DNA of 64,000 nt. Source: Amoebidium appalachense (taxonomy: Eukaryota; Protista; Ichthyosporea). Of the stretch, positions 56,990 to 64,000 are shown piece after piece. Numbering within the stretch: position 1 is the first letter of the stretch; the number at the start of each line of letters is the position of its first letter. The notes beneath the pieces were generated by a model that saw only the letters and a program-made list of their open reading frames with translations, did no database searches and was not told where the DNA came from. Location: the NCBI GenBank assembly GCA_963693365.1, contig CAVNZM010000001.1:1272562-1336561 (forward strand). Direction: 5' to 3'. The position numbers and the translations under genes were made by a program.

Positions 56990-57720
56990 GTTCCAGCTTC
57001 GAAAACCGGCGTCGCAAAAAGGACCAGCTGACATTCGTCATCCGACCGTTCAAGTTGGTCGTCATTCCCCCGCAGACACATAACGAATGGAACGATGCCT
57101 TTCGGAAGCAGGCAAACTCCGTTCAGTATGTCACCGTGGGCACCCCCGTTCGTCAGCCACATGCCATATCCAGATGTGAATGCCCCCCTCGTGACGTCCA
57201 ATATGATCATCATCGGTTCGTACGGCAGCACGCTCCAGAAGAAGAGGACAAAAATCCATGTCAATGGTCGCATCTGCAAACTCCTCCTCCTCGGTCTTGG
57301 CCTTCTTTGGGGGAACAGAACGTCTCCGATCTGCATGAAAGATTTATTAACAAAGAAAGTAATGAACTGAAAACCTGAAAAGGCCATGAATTACAACACC
57401 GAGAAATTACGCAAAAAGACAATTAAAAACATTTTAAAGTCGTGAACTAAATTCACAGTAGACCAAAGTAAACTAAAATAACAGTAAAGCCTTGACAGCC
57501 TATACAACATTAAAAAAGGGTGTAGAAAAATTCTAGAAGAAAAGAAAGAAGTTGAAGAACGAGTGATACCTTGTTCAGCGGGTCGTTTGCCACACTGGGT
57601 CGAGGGAATGGTCTTATCGCCCGTTTTGTCACCAGTATCTCCCACTTGGTTGCCATCACCACTCTTTCCCAGTGAAGAAGCCTCGTTTTCCTTGGCAGTT
57701 TCAGGGGGTTTTTTCACCGT
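56990..57720 (-). pseudogene. Spliced orphan gene remnant
   Basis: GT-AG intron 57569-57331 joins GKRPAEQ|DRRRSVPPKKAKTEEEEF in frame; downstream stop or frameshift. Confidence 0.4.
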
Positions 57721-57997
57721 ACCTGCGGGGGTTTTTTACCCTCTGCCGCGATGGAAGCATGGGGGACAACATTTTAGGAAAAAAAACAAAAAAAAGAGAA
57801 TATATAGTCTCATACCAAAAAAATCTAACGAGTCAATCAAACCATTAATGCTGTTGCAGAGAAAATGCAAAACAGAAAGTAAATTCTCAGGGAAGGAGAG
57901 GGGGGGGGGGGAGGGGGGGGGGGGGGGGGGGCAGAAGGAGTCAGGAGAGGGGAGGGGTGGTTCAAGTTAGGGTGGAGAGGAAAAAGGGGGGTTTGGG

Positions 57998-58375
<378 letters not shown>

Positions 58376-58694
58376 GGGGTACATATGCCTTGTTTAACTA
58401 ATTCAATTTGATAGGTTAATTCTATGAAGGGATCAGATCTTTTATCTTATAGGGCTAGAGTTACTTACTTCTAATTATTATAGCAGGGCGGAGCTCCACC
58501 AGAGCTCGTAGCGAGCGCAAGCGGAGAGCTCAATCTAAATCTTACAGGTGAGATAATCGAATTCCACATATGTGGAACAGGCTCTCTTAAATTTAATCAC
58601 CTGTAAGATCCTCAGAGACTACACGTAGAGTTTAAGATGTGAATATAATTCATAATATTAATAATAACATATAAATTAAGCATTGATAGAAGGT

Positions 58695-59032
58695 ACATCG
58701 TACCAACTAGGTTATAATCAGTAGTTGAAATCTTATACGAGACTGTTTATGGATAAATAAAGAATAACATCGGAGAACAAGTAAATTCTTATTCTCTTAT
58801 TATTTCTTTATTTATTACATCTATAGTAGTTTTTGAACTTAATAGGACGTATTCTTTATGGTTAGTGTTCTACAGCTTACATTAGTTACTTTAGCCTTAT
58901 CATTTGGAATTTGATTGAGAGTTATTTTAGGTGTATTCATTACACAAGGAGCTCCAATAGCTCTAGCTTCTTTATTACTAATGATTGAATTAGTAAATTA
59001 TTCAGCTAGAGCATCTTCATTAGATGTTCGTC
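58695..59032 (+). pseudogene. atp6: ATP synthase F0 subunit a fragment
   Basis: IVPTRL*SVVEILYETV..NNIG; LNLIGRILYG; VTLALSFGI(TGA); QGAPIALASLLLMIELVNYSARASSLDVR resemble conserved Atp6 segments; stops and frameshifts present. Confidence 0.82.
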
Positions 59033-59149
59033 GTCCTTACCCTATTTCAACTTGTCATTTTTCTTGAGTCTACTTACTTTAATACTCTTATCCGCTAAAG
59101 GAGTTTTATCTTTAGCTATCATCTTATCCTCATTCTTTATCTGGGGGGG

Positions 59150-62100
59150 TGATTACAAGAGTCTCTTCAGAGCCTTCTCGTTAAGATACTTTCTTATGCT
59201 TTAGTAATATTGTGATTTCAAGAGTCTCAGTAGAGCTTTATCGCTAAGAAACATTCTTATGCTTTTATAATCCTGAGATTACAAGAGTCTCTTTTGAGCC
59301 GCCGTTCGTTGGGACTCGCAATGCTGTTTTGTAATTGAATATATAGTATTTATGCTACGAGATGAAAGCTTGTTAACTTAAACTAGCTTAGTACTGTGTA
59401 CCTGTGCGCAAGGCGAATGGCTTAAACTAGCTTGGTACTGTATCCCTGTGTGCAAGACAACTTGGTTAAGCTCGCTTGGTACTGTATCCCTATGTGCAAG
59501 GTAAATTACCTAAGCTAGCTTAGTACTGTGTACAAGGCTATTACCCTAAGCTAGCTTGAAATGGTATCTCTATATGCAAGGTGAATTGCGAGTTGCGAAT
59601 ACTAATACGAGCTTGTCGTCGTATGATGACAAGAGCATAAGACTTTTCTCTTAGCGAGAAGGCTCAAAAGAGACTCTTGTAACCTGGGATTCCAAACTCG
59701 TTGAGTTCTTACTACTCTAATGCGAGTACTAAACAAGAGGTGGCTCTACTGAGACTCTAGTCCGACCTCGCAGATGTCTTATGGTGAGCTATCTCTTGAT
59801 ACAATATTTTTAGGTCTCTTGGTGTGATCGTCTTGCGTTGATCGTCATGATGTAAACTTCTTGTGCTTGTCGTCATGATGTAAAAGTGTAACAGCTCTCA
59901 ACACAGAGAGCGTCATCACGATGTAAAAGTGTAATAGCTCTCAGAGTGTAACAGCTCTCAACACAGAGAGCGTCATCTGGTGCGAACGTCATAATGTAAA
60001 TTTCTTGGATTAGTTATCATGCCTTGATGGGAACGTCTTGCGTAGGTCGTCATGATGTAAACTCCTTGGGTTAGTTACCATGCGTTGATGCGAACGTCTT
60101 GCGTAGGTCGTCATGCGTTGATGCGAACGTATTGCGTTGGTGCGAACGTCTTAGGTTGGTGTGAACGTCTTGTCTTGGTCGTTATGCCTTAGTGTGATTT
60201 CTTACGTTGGTGCGAACGTCTTGGGTGGGTAGTTATGATGTAAACTTCTTGGGTTGGTCGTTATGCCTTAGTGTGATTTCTTACGTTGGTGCGAACGTAT
60301 TGGGTTGGTGTGAACGTCTTGTGTCTGTCGTCATGTCTTAATGTAAACTTCTTGCCTTGGTCGTCACGATGCCAAAGTGTAACAGCTCTCAGAAAGCCGT
60401 TACCTGGGGAGTATCGTCATGATGTAAAAGTGTAACAACTCTCAGAAAGCCGTTACCTGGGGGAGTATCGTCATGATGTAAAAGTGTAATAGCTCTCAAT
60501 ACAGAGAGCGCCATCGGGTATTCTCGTTAGGATGTCAAAGTACAACAGCTCTCAAACACAGAGAGCGATCATCCGGTATTTGCTGTCGCAATGTTAAAGT
60601 GTAACAGCTCTCAGAGAGCGATCATCTGGTATTTGTTGTCGCAATGTCAAAGTGTAACAGCTCTCAGAGAGCGATCATCCGGTATTTGTTGTCGCAATGT
60701 CAAAGTGTAACAGCTCTCAGAGAGCGATCATCTGGTATTTGTTGTCGCAATGTCAAAGTGTAACAGCTCTCAAACACAAAAAGCTGTTATCGGGTGCTTG
60801 TCATCATGATGTACACTTCTTGCGTTTGTTTAGTCGTTATGCTAACTTCTTGGTCATCATGCGTTAGGTCTCTTCCTAGCCTTATCACTAAGAGACTTTA
60901 TTATGCTCTTGTAATATTCTCCTTACTCGTACAAGGTGAAGTGGTAATACTCAGATAACAAGAGTCTCAGTAGAGCTTTCTCGCTAAGAGAAAAGTCTTA
61001 TGCTCTTATCATCATACGACGACAAGCTCGTTGAGAGAGTCTCGCTAAGAGAAGAGTCTTATGCTCTTGTCCTCATACGACGACAAGCTCGTCTAGGACT
61101 TGCAACTCGTTGGCTGTAATTATTTGTATCTTTATTGCTATTACTTTAGTACCATCTAGGTTTCTTATTACTGCTGTTATTCTTTGTATTTTTACTGTTG
61201 TTATTCTTTGTATCTTTACTCCTATTACTTTAATACCATCTAAGTTTCTTATTACTGCTGTTATTCTAAGTTTCTTATTACTGCTGTTATCATTTTTCAT
61301 CTCTCTGCTGCTGTTACTCTTTCTTCACCACTTAATGCTATCACTATTTGTATCTCTACGGCTATCACCCTTGGTATCTCTACTGCTATCACTCTTTCCT
61401 CGCCACCTAATGCTATCACTCTTTGTATCTCTACTGCTATCACTCTTTCCTCACTATCTACTACTGTTACTCGTTGTATCTCTACTGTTCTCACTCTTTC
61501 CTCGCCACCTAATGCTATCATTCTTAGTATCTCTATTGCTGTCACACTTTCCTCACTATCTACGGCTGTCACTCTTTCCTCACCAGCTCTTGCTATCATT
61601 CTTCGATCTACTAGTTCACCTTATCCATCAATTCTCATCGCTCTATTAATCCTTCTCATCCGTTAATCCTTCTTCGATTTACTAGTTCTCCTTATTCATC
61701 GATTCTCATCGCTCTATTAATTCTTCGTCTATGCTAGCACTTTATCCTTCATAACATCTCATGCCCATCAATCCTCTATCAACTAGTTCTCTTCATCTGT
61801 AAATCCTCTGTTAATCGATTACTCTTCCGTTAATCCTTCTCACTCGTTAAACCTTCCTCGATGAACTAGTTCTACTCATCCGTCGGTCATTCTTTGATCT
61901 ACTAGTTCCCTTCATCCGTAAATATTCCTAGATTAACTAGTTCTTATCCTCCGTTAAACATTCTTCAATCAACTAGTTCTCTTCCTCTGTTAATCCTCCG
62001 CTACTCCTCTGTTACTCCTCCATTATTTCTCATCAATAAACTATTCCTTCGTTAATCATTCTTTGATGAACTAGTTCTATTCTTTCGTTAATCATTCTTC

Positions 62101-62790
62101 GATGAACTAGTTCTATTCTTTCGTTAATTATTCTTCGATGAACTAGTTCTATTCTTTCGTTAACCATTATTTAATCAACCAGTTCTACTCTTCCGTTAAT
62201 CATTCTTGGACCTACTAGTTCTACTCTTCCGTTAATCACTCTTCGATCTACTAGTTCTACTTTTCCGTTAATCATTCTTTGATACACTAGTTCTTTTCAT
62301 CTTCATCGATCTTAGTCCCCACCTATAATACCTAATACCCCCCCCCCCCCCCCCGACGCTCTCTGTAGTACGACGATTTTTAGTTTAGCTATAATACCTA
62401 ATACCCCCCCGGTCACACCTATAATACCTAATACCCCCCCCCGCCCCCCCCCGACGCCCTCTGTAGTACGACGATTTTTAGTTTAGCTATAATACCTAAT
62501 ACCCCCCCAACGTCTTCTGTGGGGTTCGCTATTTTAAATCTTAAGAGTCTAATCTATTGAAATCTCTCACTAATGCCATACTATACTTTCCGAGCCCCAT
62601 TTATTTAAACACGAGTATAATACCTAATACCCCCCCCGACGTCTTCTGTTGTTCGATAATTTGTAGTTTACCTATAATACCTAATACCCCCCCGGTCACA
62701 CCTATAATACCTAATACCCCCCCGACGCCTTCTGTAGTACGACGATTTTTAGTTTAGCTATAATACCTAATACCCCCCCGACAATACCTA
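59150..62790 (+). repeat. Successive degenerate tandem arrays (including a 53-bp unit at 60560-60770, a 36-bp unit at 62050-62290, and CTATAATACCTAATACCCCCC units at 62324-62780)
   Basis: Directly visible periodicity. Confidence 0.9.
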
Positions 62791-64000
62791 GCTCCCCCGA
62801 TCACCCCCGGTGCTCTACTCTTATACTAGGTATCCAGGGGAACAGACACTCTTCTCTACTCTTATACTAAGCTTTCGTCAGGATATAAGATGAAATTTAA
62901 TATCCTAAATCCAGATAGTCGTAAAATGTCAAATTTAAGATTTTAGCGGATCAAGAATTGGGATTAATAAAAATCTTAAACAGTTATAAATTTGATTTAT
63001 TAAAAAATAGGAAAGAGAAAGGATGAAAAACCAATTGCTGTGAGGGCGTAAATCTCCTAGAGGTAGGCTAGACAAGCTACCAGTATTTAGATTAGAATCT
63101 AAATGTGTATGGAACTATTTGTTGATTATTCTCCTATTAACTATGTTAATGTAATATTATTATTATTATATTTGCCTCTCCGAACTGAGAGGCTAGTTCT
63201 TACTAAAGCTATTATTCTTCTTAGTAAGAAATGGTTCAAGAGTACTCAAGTACTTTTGTAGATTTTCGAAAACTTATCTTAAATTATGCTTTCCCTTGCC
63301 TTTCTTTAATTCTTTATTTTATCTTTGCTATCTTATTAACTCTTTTTTATCATATTCTTTTCCCACTTATTAAAACTACTTTTTACTACCATAAATTAGT
63401 AAAAGATGATACAGGTAAACAATACTCGTATTATAGTACTATCGCTGTGGAAATAGTACGAAACTTCTTCGTTAATATTAATGAAGAGACATTCATCTAG
63501 TGTACATAAAAAAGGAAATAACCAAAAGTAAATAGATTTAGACGTTATAAGAGATACTAAAATCGAATGGTATGTCATATAAATTTATGAAATAAGTATT
63601 TAAGAGCTTTATAAAAGGAAGATGGTAAAGACTGCTTGGAGACTCAGGAGCTAATTGCAACGGGGGAATTAGTGCTTTACCGGAACTTATGTATATAGGG
63701 GTACATATGCCTTGTTTAACCAAATCAAATTAATATTCAATTGGTTAATTCTATAAAGGGAATAAATATTTATTTTATAGGGCTAGAGCTACTTAAAGAA
63801 GGTTATTTCCTTTAGGTAAACCCCTAATTAGAAAAGGTTCCCCGCCCTTTGCATCGAGGAAAGAAATAATATTCTCAGGTGCATGAAACCCAAAAGTACC
63901 CCTCCTACCATCCAAAAATATCCCTCCCAAGATTCTCTACTTACATGCCTAGAGTAAGGAGTAGAGGAGAGGGGGCGAGGTGAAGAATTATCTCTAGGGG

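Larger units (their letters stand above)
58376..64000. other. Probable mitochondrial-derived insertion (NUMT), repeat-rich
   Basis: Abrupt AT-rich shift, atp6 remnant, GC-rich hairpins at 58485-58610, short-repeat arrays unlike the rest of the window. Confidence 0.65.

Noticed and set aside
61110-61649. 179-aa Leu-rich ORF
   Set aside because: Translation of a C/T-rich tandem repeat; no independent coding evidence
59860-62790. CRISPR-like array
   Set aside because: Units are degenerate tandem repeats without unique spacers; no cas genes; eukaryotic context
63231-63500. 89-aa hydrophobic ORF in the organelle-like segment
   Set aside because: No recognisable mitochondrial protein motif; expected by chance in T-rich DNA

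Overview
Eukaryotic nuclear DNA (spliceosomal introns, long (CA)n, (GA)n and poly-C/G tracts) dominated by retrotransposons. 1-32.5 kb is a nested stack: several Ty1/Copia elements and solo LTRs from five related LTR families (my labels A-E), an apparently intact APE+RT non-LTR retrotransposon (1023-5913), and a Ngaro-type tyrosine-recombinase retrotransposon (13896-19835) with split direct repeats lying tail-to-tail with a solo copy of its own end. 35.1-40.5 kb holds the only convincing host gene, a multi-exon NXPE/PC-esterase (SGNH)-like membrane protein. 41-58 kb contains a 5'-truncated second LINE copy, more LTRs and spliced orphan gene remnants. 58.4-64 kb looks mitochondrion-derived (decayed atp6, short-repeat arrays, a repeated boundary motif). 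Most notable: (1) 8-bp TSDs place the LINE 3' end 197 nt beyond an internal A35-38 tract in both copies; (2) the organelle-like segment could be a captured linear mitochondrial mini-chromosome, which would fit an ichthyosporean such as Amoebidium (inference only); (3) the Ngaro-derived long palindrome. All coordinates and family assignments were read by eye; no database searches were run.
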